The notes: generated by a model not told the origin, from the sequence alone. Shown: positions 1-8,344, counted from the first letter of the stretch. The stretch is 32,000 nt of DNA from Chlamydiota bacterium (GCA_016196885.1 JACPWU010000024.1:1-32000); one strand, 5' to 3'. Made by a program: numbers and translations.

Positions 1-142
1 AGAGATGGTCATGCCCGGGGACAATGTTGCCATGGAAGTAGAACTCATCTGCCCGATCGCGATGGAAAAGGGAGTCAAGTTTGCGATTCGAGAAGGTGGG
101 AAGACGATTGGGGCGGGAAGGGTGTCGGATATTATTGCTTAG
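1..142 (+). CDS. tuf: Elongation factor Tu, C-terminal fragment (5' end lies outside the window)
   Basis: Frame 2 reads [46 protein letters not shown], then TAG at 140-142. This is a typical EF-Tu C-terminus, and it sits directly upstream of rpsJ. Confidence 0.9.
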   Translation, partial: EMVMPGDNVAMEVELICPIAMEKGVKFAIREGGKTIGAGRVSDIIA

Positions 143-189
143 GAAGGCAATGAATCATTGAAAATGGACAATTTAAAGGGTTATAAATT

Positions 190-495
190 ATGTCTCAGAG
201 AATTAGGATTCGGCTTCGGGGGTATGATCAGAGGTTGCTGGACCAGTCCACGGGTGAAATCGTGGATACGGCCCGGCGGACCGGGGCTCAGGTGAAGGGA
301 CCTGTTCCTTTGCCCACACGCATTGAGCGTTACACGGTGCTTCGGTCTCCCCATGTTGATAAAAAGTCTAGAGAGCAATTTGAGATTCGCACGCATAAGC
401 GCCTGTTGGATATTGTAGATCCGACCGCGAAGACGATCGATGAACTGAAGAGATTAAATTTACCCGCTGGGGTAGATATTAATATCAAGGTTTAA
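190..495 (+). CDS. rpsJ: 30S ribosomal protein S10
   Basis: 101-aa [16 protein letters not shown]...[25 protein letters not shown]. First gene after tuf, as in the canonical S10 operon. Confidence 0.97.
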   Translation: MSQRIRIRLRGYDQRLLDQSTGEIVDTARRTGAQVKGPVPLPTRIERYTVLRSPHVDKKSREQFEIRTHKRLLDIVDPTAKTIDELKRLNLPAGVDINIKV

Positions 496-511
496 TCGTT
501 CAAATAAAAAA

Positions 512-531
512 TCTTGAATTTTAATTCAAGA
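512..531 (+). other. Perfect 8-bp hairpin TCTTGAAT-ttta-ATTCAAGA in the rpsJ-rplC spacer
   Basis: Read directly. Function unknown. Confidence 0.5.
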
Positions 532-564
532 GAGTGTATTCTTTTTCCCTTTTGGGGATTTTTT

Positions 565-1206
565 ATGGTGCATGGAATTTTGGGTAAAAAAGTAGGTATG
601 ACGAGAATTTTCAATCCGCAAGGTTTGGAAATCCCGATTTCTGTCATTGAGGCAGGGCCTTGTCCCATTACGCAAATTAAGACTTTAGGAAAAGATTCTT
701 ACAATGCGATTCAGATGGGCTATGAGCCCATCCAAGAAAAGCGGACGAAGAAACCCCTGCTCAATCATTTTAAAAAGGCGGGGTTGAAACCCATGCGGTG
801 GCTTCGGGAATGGCGGGTCTGTGATGAAAAGCTTTTGTCTGATCTTAAAGTAGGTCAAGAAATTCGCGTGGATATTTTTAAACCTGGGGATCACGTGGAT
901 GTGATTGGGTGGACCAAAGGCCGCGGTTTTCAGGGGGTGGTCAAGCGCCATGGTTTTCGCGGCTTGAGGGCCACGCATGGCAATAAAGAATATTTTAGGA
1001 GACCGGGCTCTATTGGAACCAACACCTTTGGGTCGAATACAAAACGAGGGAAAAAATTTCCCGGACATTATGGCAATGAGCGCCAAACACTTTTGAATTT
1101 GGAAGTGATTCGGGTAGATGTGGAAGAGAATGTTTTGGTTCTTCGTGGCGGCATTCCGGGCGCCAAGGGCGGATTTCTCATGGTGAGAAAGTCCGAGAGG
1201 GGATAA
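565..1206 (+). CDS. rplC: 50S ribosomal protein L3
   Basis: The ORF track starts at 514, but the L3-like N-terminus MVHGILGKKVGMTRIF starts at ATG 565. The GFQGVVKRHGF motif is present. Confidence 0.95.
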   Translation: MVHGILGKKVGMTRIFNPQGLEIPISVIEAGPCPITQIKTLGKDSYNAIQMGYEPIQEKRTKKPLLNHFKKAGLKPMRWLREWRVCDEKLLSDLKVGQEIRVDIFKPGDHVDVIGWTKGRGFQGVVKRHGFRGLRATHGNKEYFRRPGSIGTNTFGSNTKRGKKFPGHYGNERQTLLNLEVIRVDVEENVLVLRGGIPGAKGGFLMVRKSERG

Positions 1207-1208
1207 GC

Positions 1209-1853
1209 ATGTCCAGCATTCCTGTTTTAGACATGAAGGGTCAGTCGGTGGGAGAGAAAGCCATTCAAGAAGATTTTCTGAATGGGAAAATCAATCGCCA
1301 GGCGATGAAAGAAGCGATTGTGGCCTTTCTGACGCATCAGCGCGAGGGCAATGCCTCGACCAAAACGCGTGCCGAGGTGAGTGGTTCAGGCCGCAAGCCC
1401 TGGAAGCAAAAGGGGACGGGCCGCGCCCGATCAGGCGAGCGCACTTCTCCTGTGTGGAGAGGCGGCGGAACGGTTTTCGGCCCTCAACCCCATGAGTTTC
1501 ATTATCGGGTGAATCGAAAGGCCGCGAGTCTAGCAAGGTCTTCTGCGCTTCGTCTCAGTTTCAAGGAAGGTCGGGTGAAAATCATCAAGGAATTGAAATT
1601 AAATGAACCCAAAACGAAATCGGCTGCAGAAATTTTAGAAAATTTGAAAGTTGCAGGGAAAACATTAGTCGTCGTGAAGAATCAAGATTCAAATTTGAAG
1701 CTAGCGTTTCGCAATTTACAGGGTGTGCGCCTCATGCGTCCAGAAGATCTAAACACGTATGAAATTCTCACCCATCGAAATCTCGTTTTTTCCGAGGAGG
1801 CGCTAGATCTCTTGTTCCAATCTTGGGTCAAGCCCGAGGAATCCCTCTCATGA
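1209..1853 (+). CDS. rplD: 50S ribosomal protein L4
   Basis: 214-aa ORF with KPWKQKGTGRARSG...SPVWRGGG, plus synteny. Confidence 0.95.
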   Translation: MSSIPVLDMKGQSVGEKAIQEDFLNGKINRQAMKEAIVAFLTHQREGNASTKTRAEVSGSGRKPWKQKGTGRARSGERTSPVWRGGGTVFGPQPHEFHYRVNRKAASLARSSALRLSFKEGRVKIIKELKLNEPKTKSAAEILENLKVAGKTLVVVKNQDSNLKLAFRNLQGVRLMRPEDLNTYEILTHRNLVFSEEALDLLFQSWVKPEESLS

Positions 1854-2137
1854 AGCCTCCTTATAAAATTATTTTAGAACCTGTTGTCAGTGAGAAGGGA
1901 ACCGATTTGACTCAGAAGGAAAACAAGGTTCTCTTTAAAGTGGATCGGTATTCGAATAAGTCTGAAATCCGTTGGGCTGTAGAAGAACTTTATCCGGCGG
2001 TGAAGGTGTGTGAGGTGAACACGATTTCTGTGAAGGGTAAGCCCAAGCGTGTTCGCACCCAATTGGGGAGAACCTCGCATTGGAAAAAGGCTCTCATTAA
2101 ATTGAGAGAAGGGGATAAGATCGAGTTTGCGTCATAA
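1850..2137 (+). CDS. rplW: 50S ribosomal protein L23
   Basis: MKPPYKIILEPVVSEKGT... starts at ATG 1850 and overlaps the rplD stop as ATGA. The track start at 1823 is an upstream extension. Confidence 0.92.
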   Translation: MKPPYKIILEPVVSEKGTDLTQKENKVLFKVDRYSNKSEIRWAVEELYPAVKVCEVNTISVKGKPKRVRTQLGRTSHWKKALIKLREGDKIEFAS

Positions 2138-2159
2138 ATAAAAAGTTCAAAGGTTTGTT

Positions 2160-2981
2160 ATGGCACTGAAAACATATCGACCCATGACGCCGACAAGGCG
2201 TTTTACAACGGGATATACGTTTGAGGAAATCACGCGCGGCCGCCCTGAGAAAAGTCTCGTCGAGCGTATTTCCAGGAGCGGCGGACGCAATTTTCAGGGG
2301 CGTTTGACGATGCGCCATCGTGGGGGAGGGTACCGCAAGATTTATCGCATCATTGATTTTAAGCGAGAAAAGCTAGATATTCCGGCGCGTGTTGTTTCCA
2401 TTGAGTACGATCCGAACAGATCTTGCCGCATTGCCCTTTTGCAGTATCGGGATGGAGAGAAGAGATATATTTTGGCGCCTTTGGGGCTTCAGGTGAATGA
2501 TGAACTTGTGAATTCTGACACAGCTGAACCCAAGGTTGGAAATTCCATGAAATTAAGTCAGATTCCCCTCGGCACCTTTGTTCACAACATTGAGCTTGTG
2601 CCAGGCAAGGGCGGTCAAATGGTTCGCAGCGCGGGGACTGCGGCTCAATTGATGGCCAAAGAAGGGGCGTTTGCTCATTTGAGATTGCCGTCGAAAGAGA
2701 TTCGCTTGGTTCGTGCAGAATGTCGCGCAACGATCGGTCAGTTGGGTAATACAGATCACATGAACGTTTCCATTGGAAAGGCGGGGCGTGTGCGCTGGAA
2801 GGGCCGTCGTCCCATTGTGAGAGGTGTGGCGATGAATCCAGTGGATCATCCCCTGGGAGGTGGAGAAGGGAAGGCCAATGGAGGCCGTCAGCATTGTTCT
2901 CCAACGGGCTTGATTGACGGGACAAAGACGAGAAATAAACGAAAAGCTTCCAATAAATATATTCTTCAAAGGCGGAAGTAA
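2160..2981 (+). CDS. rplB: 50S ribosomal protein L2
   Basis: 273 aa, [14 protein letters not shown]...GGGEGK...; unmistakable L2. Confidence 0.97.
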   Translation: MALKTYRPMTPTRRFTTGYTFEEITRGRPEKSLVERISRSGGRNFQGRLTMRHRGGGYRKIYRIIDFKREKLDIPARVVSIEYDPNRSCRIALLQYRDGEKRYILAPLGLQVNDELVNSDTAEPKVGNSMKLSQIPLGTFVHNIELVPGKGGQMVRSAGTAAQLMAKEGAFAHLRLPSKEIRLVRAECRATIGQLGNTDHMNVSIGKAGRVRWKGRRPIVRGVAMNPVDHPLGGGEGKANGGRQHCSPTGLIDGTKTRNKRKASNKYILQRRK

Positions 2982-2992
2982 TTTTAAAAAAA

Positions 2993-3026
2993 GTTCAAAA
3001 GTTCAAAAGTTTTAAAGGTTCAAAAG
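2993..3026 (+). repeat. Octamer array GTTCAAAA-GTTCAAAA-GTTTTAAAG-GTTCAAAAG abutting the rpsS ATG
   Basis: Read directly. The array ends at 3026 and the ATG is at 3027. Confidence 0.85.
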
Positions 3027-3311
3027 ATGCCAAGATCATTAAAAAAAGGTCCTTTTGTGGATGTGAAGTTGATGGAGCGCATCGAGCGGATGAATCGCTC
3101 AGGGGAAAGGCGTCCTGTCAAGACATGGTCTCGAAGGTCCATGATTGTTCCCGATTTTGTGGGGCATAGTTTTTCTGTTTACAATGGTCGGAAATTTATC
3201 ACGGTGTTTGTTTCTGAAAACATGGTGGGTCATCGTTTGGGAGAATTTTCTCCGACCCGAACGTTCAAGGCCCATGGAGCGCATACCGAGAAGGCATCGG
3301 CGAAAAAGTAG
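3027..3311 (+). CDS. rpsS: 30S ribosomal protein S19
   Basis: 94 aa, [12 protein letters not shown]...FSVYNGRKF...[13 protein letters not shown]. Confidence 0.97.
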   Translation: MPRSLKKGPFVDVKLMERIERMNRSGERRPVKTWSRRSMIVPDFVGHSFSVYNGRKFITVFVSENMVGHRLGEFSPTRTFKAHGAHTEKASAKK

Positions 3312-3347
3312 TTTCATATTCAAAGGCGTTGTCATTCTAGAGGTTTT

Positions 3348-3391
3348 AATCGGGAATCCGTTTTTTTGGATGATGCGTGGGATCCCCGATT
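3348..3391 (+). other. 12-bp inverted repeat (one mismatch) AATCGGGAATCC ... GGATCCCCGATT in the unusually long rpsS-rplV spacer
   Basis: Read directly. It contains ATCGGG and CCCGATTCAT, words shared with the inner hairpin of the GTAGTCGCCC elements. Confidence 0.5.
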
Positions 3392-3456
3392 CATACGCTT
3401 GGGGATAACACAGAGATGAAATTGGAGATGATAGAAGTGTTATTTTAGGGGTCAAC

Positions 3457-3813
3457 ATGGAAGCAAAAGCTTTTACAAGATTTGTCAGAATATCTCCTGT
3501 GAAGGGGCGTTTGATTGCAGATCAGATTCGAGGAAAAAATATTGCCGAAGCCTTGAATGTGGTGAATTTTTGTGCTCGAAAAGGCGGTGCCGTGGTCGGA
3601 AAAACTTTAAAATCTGCCCTTGCCAATGCCCGCGCCAAAGAAGGCATGGATTTAGATGCCTTAAAGGTGAGCAAAATTTGGATTGATGGAGGACCTTTTT
3701 GGAAAAGATTTATGCCCAGGGCGATGGGCCGCGCCACCAAGATTCGAAAGCGCATGAGTCATATTAATATTGTTTTGTCGGATGGAAAGACGGCTGCAAA
3801 GGCACAATCGTAG
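3457..3813 (+). CDS. rplV: 50S ribosomal protein L22
   Basis: 118 aa, MEAKAFTRFVRISPVKGRLIADQIRGK...; its TAG stop (3811-3813) lies inside the first arm of a palindromic repeat. Confidence 0.95.
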   Translation: MEAKAFTRFVRISPVKGRLIADQIRGKNIAEALNVVNFCARKGGAVVGKTLKSALANARAKEGMDLDALKVSKIWIDGGPFWKRFMPRAMGRATKIRKRMSHINIVLSDGKTAAKAQS

Positions 3814-3872
3814 TCGCCCGATTTATCGGGCAAACCCATGCAAGAAGATTGCCCCATGAATGGGGCGACTAC
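3810..3872. repeat. Palindromic double-hairpin element, copy 1 (63 bp)
   Basis: GTAGTCGCCCGATTTATCGGGC-aaacccatgcaagaagatt-GCCCCATGAATGGGGCGACTAC. The outer arms are GTAGTCGCCC/GGGCGACTAC and the inner hairpins are GCCCGAT..ATCGGGC and GCCCCAT..ATGGGGC. Confidence 0.9.
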
Positions 3873-3883
3873 AAAAGGAATTT

Positions 3884-4645
3884 ATGGGACAAAAAGTTAA
3901 TCCAATTGGTTTACGTTTGGGGATCAATCAAGAGTGGCGGTCGCGCTGGTACGCCACGAAGAAAGATTATCCAAAACTTTTGAGCGAGGATTTAAAAATC
4001 CGAGATTTTCTAAAGGAAAAACTTTTTTATTCAGGTGTTTCAAAAATTGAGATTGAGAGAGCGGGGCGTCTTCGTGTGATTATTCACACGGCCCGACCCG
4101 GGTTGGTCATTGGCCGAAAGGGTGCTGAAATAGACAAGCTCAAGGAAGATTTGGCCCAGATGACAGGTCAGGGAGAGGTGGTCATTGACATTGTCGAGGT
4201 AAAACATCCAGAAATAGATGCCCAATTGATTGGAGAGAATATCGCGCTTCAGTTGGTTCGAAGGGTTTCTTTTCGCCGGGCCATGAAAAAGGCTGTTCAA
4301 TCTGCTCTTTCGGGAGGCGCAAAGGGAATTAAGGTGACTTGCTCTGGAAGATTGGGCGGGGCTGAGATTGCGAGGCGAGAGGCTTATAAAGAGGGGAGCA
4401 TTCCTCTTCATACGTTAAGGGCGCTGATTGATTATGGTTTTGCGGAGGCCCATACGACGTATGGTCTTATCGGTGTCAAGGTATGGGTTTTCAAGGGTCA
4501 GGAATTGGTGAAGCAGACTCCACCCAAGGTTCAAGCTGAAGCGGGGGTCGAGAAAGTCTCCGTTGCTCCGGTTCCTCCTTCTAAGCCATTAGAAATTAAA
4601 GAAGTAAAGGAGTCGGACCATGCCGTTGATGCCAGCCCGAGTTAA
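3884..4645 (+). CDS. rpsC: 30S ribosomal protein S3 (with a Pro/Val/Lys-rich C-terminal tail)
   Basis: The canonical S3 start [13 protein letters not shown] is at ATG 3884 (track ORF starts at 3860). KH-domain sequence is present. Confidence 0.94.
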   Translation: MGQKVNPIGLRLGINQEWRSRWYATKKDYPKLLSEDLKIRDFLKEKLFYSGVSKIEIERAGRLRVIIHTARPGLVIGRKGAEIDKLKEDLAQMTGQGEVVIDIVEVKHPEIDAQLIGENIALQLVRRVSFRRAMKKAVQSALSGGAKGIKVTCSGRLGGAEIARREAYKEGSIPLHTLRALIDYGFAEAHTTYGLIGVKVWVFKGQELVKQTPPKVQAEAGVEKVSVAPVPPSKPLEIKEVKESDHAVDASPS

Positions 4646-5036
4646 ATATCGAAAGGCACAAAAAGGTTGTAGATCTGGCAAAGCCACCCGTGTCACTACC
4701 TTAAGCTTTGGTGAGTATGGTCTTCAGACTTTAGAACGTGGATGGGTCACCAATATTCAGTTGGAGGCTATTCGTGTGGCGGTGGCTCGTCACATGAAGA
4801 GAAAAGGCAAAATTTGGTTGCGTCTTTTCCCGGATAAACCCATCACCAAAAAGCCGGCTGAGACCCGTATGGGTAAAGGAAAAGGGCAGCCTTCCGGTTG
4901 GGTGATTGTGGTAAAACCCGGCAATATTTTGATGGAAATAGAAGGTGTTCCGGAACCCGTTGCTAAAGAGGCTTTAAGTTTGGCATCGTATAAATTGCCG
5001 GTGAGGACCCGCTTTTTGGTGAGGCAGCACCATTAA
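4620..5036 (+). CDS. rplP: 50S ribosomal protein L16
   Basis: [16 protein letters not shown]..., with AAGGAG 6 nt upstream. Overlaps the rpsC 3' end by 26 nt. Confidence 0.95.
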   Translation: MPLMPARVKYRKAQKGCRSGKATRVTTLSFGEYGLQTLERGWVTNIQLEAIRVAVARHMKRKGKIWLRLFPDKPITKKPAETRMGKGKGQPSGWVIVVKPGNILMEIEGVPEPVAKEALSLASYKLPVRTRFLVRQHH

Positions 5037-5074
5037 AAGCAGTGAAGGGTGCGTAGTGTTTAGTGGATGATCCT

Positions 5075-5272
5075 ATGAAACCAAAAGAGATTCGAGATTT
5101 AACGAAGGACGAGGCAAATTTGAAATTGCGAGAGTTGGGAGACTCCCTTTTTAAATTGAGATCTCAAGGAAAAATGGGGCAGCTTGAGAATCCGGGTAAG
5201 ATTCGGCAGACGAAAAGAGACGTTGCCAGAATTCAAACTATTTTGAAGGAATGGGAAAAGAAAGAGAATTAA
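5075..5272 (+). CDS. rpmC: 50S ribosomal protein L29
   Basis: MKPKEIRDLTKDEANLKLRELGDSLFKLRSQ... from ATG 5075. The track start at 5063 is a GTG four codons upstream. Confidence 0.9.
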   Translation: MKPKEIRDLTKDEANLKLRELGDSLFKLRSQGKMGQLENPGKIRQTKRDVARIQTILKEWEKKEN

Positions 5273-5275
5273 CCT

Positions 5276-5569
5276 ATGGAAGCTAGAGATAGTCGTAAAG
5301 AAAAAAGGGGTGTGGTCATTCAGGATCGAATGGACAAAACGATTGTTGTCCAAGTTGAACGTCGTGAGCCTCATGTTATTTATGGCAAGGTGGTCAGGAA
5401 AGTGAAGAAATTTTATGTCCATGATGAAAAGGAAGAGGCTAGACCCGGGGATCACGTGCGCATTCAAGAGACGCGCCCCTTGAGTAAATTGAAAAGATGG
5501 CGTTTGGTCGAGATTGAACAGAAGGCCGAAGGGGTTGTGCCGGCCCAGCGAGAAGGTTCAGTGGAATGA
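5276..5569 (+). CDS. rpsQ: 30S ribosomal protein S17
   Basis: 97 aa, ...[42 protein letters not shown]... Confidence 0.93.
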   Translation: MEARDSRKEKRGVVIQDRMDKTIVVQVERREPHVIYGKVVRKVKKFYVHDEKEEARPGDHVRIQETRPLSKLKRWRLVEIEQKAEGVVPAQREGSVE

Positions 5570-5573
5570 CGTT

Positions 5574-5942
5574 ATGATTCAGCTCAGAACAAGATTAGAA
5601 ATTGCAGATAACTCGGGTGGCAGGAAAGCCGCTTGTATCAAGGTGCTTGGAGGAACTGCTCGTCGCTATGCTTCTCTCGGAGATGTGGTTGTGGCTTCCA
5701 TTAAGGAGGCGATTCCAGAGGGCATGGTCAAAAAGGGGGAAGTGGTGAAGGGCGTGGTGGTGAGAACCAAGAAGTCTGTGCGCCGCTTGGACGGGTCTTA
5801 CATCCGATTTGACTCTAATGCGATTGTCTTGATTGACAATCAGATGAATCCAAGGGGAACGCGTATTTTTGGACCTATTGCTCGAGAATTGCGCGACAAA
5901 AATTTTATGAAAATTATTTCTTTGGCGCCGGAAGTGCTTTAA
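5574..5942 (+). CDS. rplN: 50S ribosomal protein L14
   Basis: [27 protein letters not shown]... from ATG 5574. The track ORF from 5514 overlaps rpsQ and is an extension. Confidence 0.96.
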   Translation: MIQLRTRLEIADNSGGRKAACIKVLGGTARRYASLGDVVVASIKEAIPEGMVKKGEVVKGVVVRTKKSVRRLDGSYIRFDSNAIVLIDNQMNPRGTRIFGPIARELRDKNFMKIISLAPEVL

Positions 5943-5946
5943 CGAG

Positions 5947-5970
5947 GTTCAAAAGTTCAAAGGTTCATTC
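5947..5970 (+). repeat. Octamer array GTTCAAAA-GTTCAAAG-GTTCATTC abutting the rplX ATG
   Basis: Read directly. The array ends at 5970 and the ATG is at 5971. Confidence 0.85.
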
Positions 5971-6306
5971 ATGAAGACAGAAACCGTTAGATACAAAACA
6001 TATTTAAAGAAAAATGATGTGGTCTTTGCCTTGGCGGGTCGCGAAAAAGGTAAGAAGGGTAAAATCCTTCAAGTGCTTCCAGAAAAGAATCGGGCCATCG
6101 TAGAGGGCTTGAATTTTTTGAAAAGGCATGCGAGACCTACGCAGAATAATCCTCAAGGAGGGGTGATTCAAAAAGAGGCTTCGATTCATTTGTCTAATTT
6201 GGCGCTCTTTTGCGCGAATTGCGATCGGCCAGTGCGAGTGGGCGTTAAGATTTTAGAAGAAGGGGCCAAAGAGCGTGTTTGTCGCAAATGTGGGGAAGAG
6301 GTTTAA
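5971..6306 (+). CDS. rplX: 50S ribosomal protein L24 (carries a C-terminal CxxC...CxxC motif)
   Basis: 111 aa with a KOW-like LKKNDVVFALAGREKGKKGKIL, plus synteny between rplN and rplE. Confidence 0.93.
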   Translation: MKTETVRYKTYLKKNDVVFALAGREKGKKGKILQVLPEKNRAIVEGLNFLKRHARPTQNNPQGGVIQKEASIHLSNLALFCANCDRPVRVGVKILEEGAKERVCRKCGEEV

Positions 6307-6313
6307 AGGAAAG

Positions 6314-6355
6314 TTGTAAGTTTTAAGTAAAAAACAAACTCCTTAAAACTTACAA
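6314..6355 (+). promoter_or_regulatory. Perfect 14-bp stem hairpin in the rplX-rplE spacer, with a third half-site downstream
   Basis: TTGTAAGTTTTAAG (6314-6327) is complementary to CTTAAAACTTACAA (6342-6355). CTTGTAACTT at 6362-6371 could pair alternatively with the second arm. Confidence 0.5.
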
Positions 6356-6390
6356 TTAGAGCTTGTAACTTATGGCTGGCTTGAGGTCTT

Positions 6391-6945
6391 ATGGAAAATA
6401 GAGTTTTAAAATTTTATCGAGAAAAGGTCGTTCCGGACCTGGCGAAGCGGTTGAATTTTAAGAATGCGCTCCGTGTTCCGCGCTTGGTTAAAATTGTTTT
6501 GAACATGGGTGTTCAGGAGGCGATCAAGGATTTCGCCCTTTTGGAATCTCACGCTCAGGAATTAGGTTTGATCACGGGCCAGAAGGCGGTGATCACACGG
6601 GCGAAGAAAAGCATCGCTGGATTTAAATTGAGGGAGGGAGATCCGATTGGATGCAAGGTGACGCTTCGAGGCTCAAAGATGTACGAATTCATGGATCGTT
6701 TTGTGAGTGTGGTGCTTCCCCGTATCCGTGATTTTAAGGGGCTTTCACCCAAGTCTTTTGACGGCCGTGGCAATTATAATCTGGGTCTTCAGGAGCAAGT
6801 GGTTTTTCCGGAGATCGAGTTGGATAAAATTAAGCAGATTCAAGGCATGGATGTCACCTTTGTCACTTCTGCAAAGACGAATGAAGAGGCGAAGGAATTG
6901 TTAACGGCCTTGGGAATGCCGTTTAAAATAAGTTCAAAGGTTTAA
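6391..6945 (+). CDS. rplE: 50S ribosomal protein L5
   Basis: 184 aa, ...VPRLVKIVLNMGV...AGFKLREGDPIGCKVTLRG... Confidence 0.96.
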   Translation: MENRVLKFYREKVVPDLAKRLNFKNALRVPRLVKIVLNMGVQEAIKDFALLESHAQELGLITGQKAVITRAKKSIAGFKLREGDPIGCKVTLRGSKMYEFMDRFVSVVLPRIRDFKGLSPKSFDGRGNYNLGLQEQVVFPEIELDKIKQIQGMDVTFVTSAKTNEEAKELLTALGMPFKISSKV

Positions 6946-7006
6946 AAGTTCAAAAGTTTAATCCCTACAGGGACTATAAAATCTGAAGTTCAAAGGTTCA
7001 AAAGTT
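6932..7006 (+). repeat. Two GTTYAAAR octamer arrays (6932-6963 and 6988-7006) flanking a short TCCCTacAGGGA palindrome
   Basis: The first array starts inside the last codons of rplE (KISSKV). The second ends at the rpsN ATG 7007. Confidence 0.85.
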
Positions 7007-7192
7007 ATGGCGAAAACATGTTTGATGGTAAAGCAGCGGCTGACTCCGAAGTTTAAAGTGCGCTATTACAACCGTTGCAAGCATTGCGGTAGGAGAAGGG
7101 CCTATTTGAGAAAGTTTGGGATTTGCCGTGTGTGTTTTCGCAAATACGCCTCTACGGGATTGATCCCGGGAGTCTTAAAGGCAAGTTGGTAA
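7007..7192 (+). CDS. rpsN: 30S ribosomal protein S14, short zinc-binding (type Z) form
   Basis: 61 aa with [10 protein letters not shown]...CRVCFR (CxxC-x12-CxxC), in the spc operon position. Confidence 0.93.
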   Translation: MAKTCLMVKQRLTPKFKVRYYNRCKHCGRRRAYLRKFGICRVCFRKYASTGLIPGVLKASW

Positions 7193-7219
7193 TTAAGAAC
7201 AGTGTAGGGTCGAGAGGGA

Positions 7220-7278
7220 TGAGTCGTTAAGAAAATAATACCCTTAAAACTCACGACTCACGACTCACGACTCACGAC
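7220..7278 (+). repeat. (TCACGAC)x4 tandem heptamer array (7251-7278) with an upstream inverted copy TGAGTCGT (7220-7227)
   Basis: Four perfect units, read directly. The inverted copy can pair with the array in several registers. The array ends 1 nt before the rpsH AGGAG. Confidence 0.85.
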
Positions 7279-7292
7279 CAGGAGTTTTTTTT

Positions 7293-7691
7293 ATGAGTAT
7301 GTCTGATCCGATTTCAGATTTATTGACGCGCATTCGCAATGCGAGTTCGGCAAAAAAAGAATATGCCGATGTTCCTGCTTCTTCTTTGAAGGAGGAGGTT
7401 TTAAAGGTTTTGAAGAAGGAGGGATTTATTCAGGATTTCAAAAAGGCCGAAGAAGCGGCTCATCCTTGGCTGCGGGTTTATTTAAAATTTACCCCTTCAG
7501 GCATGAGTGTGATTCAGGGGATTCAAAGATCCAGCACGCCGGGGCGGCGTTTTTATGTGAGTGTAGATGAGATTCCCCGAGTCAAGGGAGGTTTGGGGGT
7601 TGCGATTCTCTCGACTTCGAAAGGAGTTCTTGCCGATCGTAAGGCAAAGTCTCTCCATGTTGGCGGAGAAGTTCTTTGTAAAGTTTGGTGA
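7293..7691 (+). CDS. rpsH: 30S ribosomal protein S8
   Basis: 132 aa, MSMSDPISDLLTRIRNA..., with AGGAG 8 nt upstream. Confidence 0.95.
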   Translation: MSMSDPISDLLTRIRNASSAKKEYADVPASSLKEEVLKVLKKEGFIQDFKKAEEAAHPWLRVYLKFTPSGMSVIQGIQRSSTPGRRFYVSVDEIPRVKGGLGVAILSTSKGVLADRKAKSLHVGGEVLCKVW

Positions 7692-7704
7692 TGGAATAAA
7701 AGAT

Positions 7705-7755
7705 GTTTTATGTTTTAAGTTTAAAAGCTTCCCTTTGTAACGTAAAACATGAAAC
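7705..7755 (+). repeat. Imperfect 13-bp inverted repeat GTTTTATGTTTTA ... TAAAACATGAAAC in the rpsH-rplF spacer
   Basis: 12 of 13 positions are complementary, with a 25-nt loop. Uses the CATGAAAC word family. Confidence 0.7.
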
Positions 7756-7773
7756 TAAAATCGGAGTTTTAAA

Positions 7774-8313
7774 ATGTCTCGTATTGGTCGAAAACCTATT
7801 TTGATTCCGAGCGGGGTCACTGTTCAAGTTGAGGGAAATGTAGTGAAGGTCAAGGGCCCGAAGGGCGAGATGGTCCAGGCCTGCCCGGACGGTGTCGAAG
7901 CGCAAGTCGAAGGGGGAAAGAGTATTCTCTTCAGTGTTCAGGATGAGTCCAAGCGCTTGAGCGCGATTCATGGTCTTTCCCGAAGTTTGTGCTTTAACAT
8001 GATGGAAGGCGTGACCAAGGGTTTTTCAAAGGAATTGGAAATTCAAGGCGTTGGTTTTCGAGCCAAGTTAGAAGGAAAGAAATTGGTCTTAGCTTTGGGA
8101 TTCACCCATCCGGTGGAATTCGTGATTCCTGAGGGCATTAAAATTGACATTGAAGAGCAGGTCAAAATCAAAGTTTCTGGGATAGACAAACAACGGGTGG
8201 GTGAAGTAGCGGCCAAGATTCGTCGTTTTCTTCCTCCCGAGCCTTACAAGGGTAAGGGAATTCGGTATGTGGGGGAACATGTCCGAAAGAAGGCCGGCAA
8301 GACAGTGGCTTAA
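7774..8313 (+). CDS. rplF: 50S ribosomal protein L6
   Basis: 179 aa, MSRIGRKPILIPSGVTVQVEGNVVKVKGPKGE... Confidence 0.95.
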   Translation: MSRIGRKPILIPSGVTVQVEGNVVKVKGPKGEMVQACPDGVEAQVEGGKSILFSVQDESKRLSAIHGLSRSLCFNMMEGVTKGFSKELEIQGVGFRAKLEGKKLVLALGFTHPVEFVIPEGIKIDIEEQVKIKVSGIDKQRVGEVAAKIRRFLPPEPYKGKGIRYVGEHVRKKAGKTVA

Positions 8314-8344
8314 TTTTGTCTTTGCGGCCATAAGGAAATAGATT

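Noticed and set aside
514-564. N-terminal extensions in the ORF track at 514, 1823, 3860, 5063, 5514, 8804, 9384, 13293, 14134, 25086 (- strand), 26320 and 28841.
   Set aside because: In each case a downstream start gives the canonical family N-terminus, usually with an SD or translational coupling. The extension reads through spacer repeats or the upstream gene.
685-1086. Antisense or alternative-frame ORFs inside ribosomal protein and housekeeping genes. Examples: 685-1086, 1291-1536, 2359-2925, 2553-2969, 3099-3458, 4040-4411, 5099-5467, 8168-8722, 9893-10294, 11793-12341, 12163-12723, 13455-13910, 14468-14911 and 16967-17353.
   Set aside because: They overlap strongly supported genes and have low-complexity or Arg/Ser/Pro-rich shadow-frame composition. 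They have no ribosome binding sites and no recognisable family.
3145-3408. An 87-aa + strand ORF spanning the rpsS 3' half and the long spacer.
   Set aside because: Two thirds of it is an alternative frame of rpsS, and it has no SD. The spacer part is repeat-derived.
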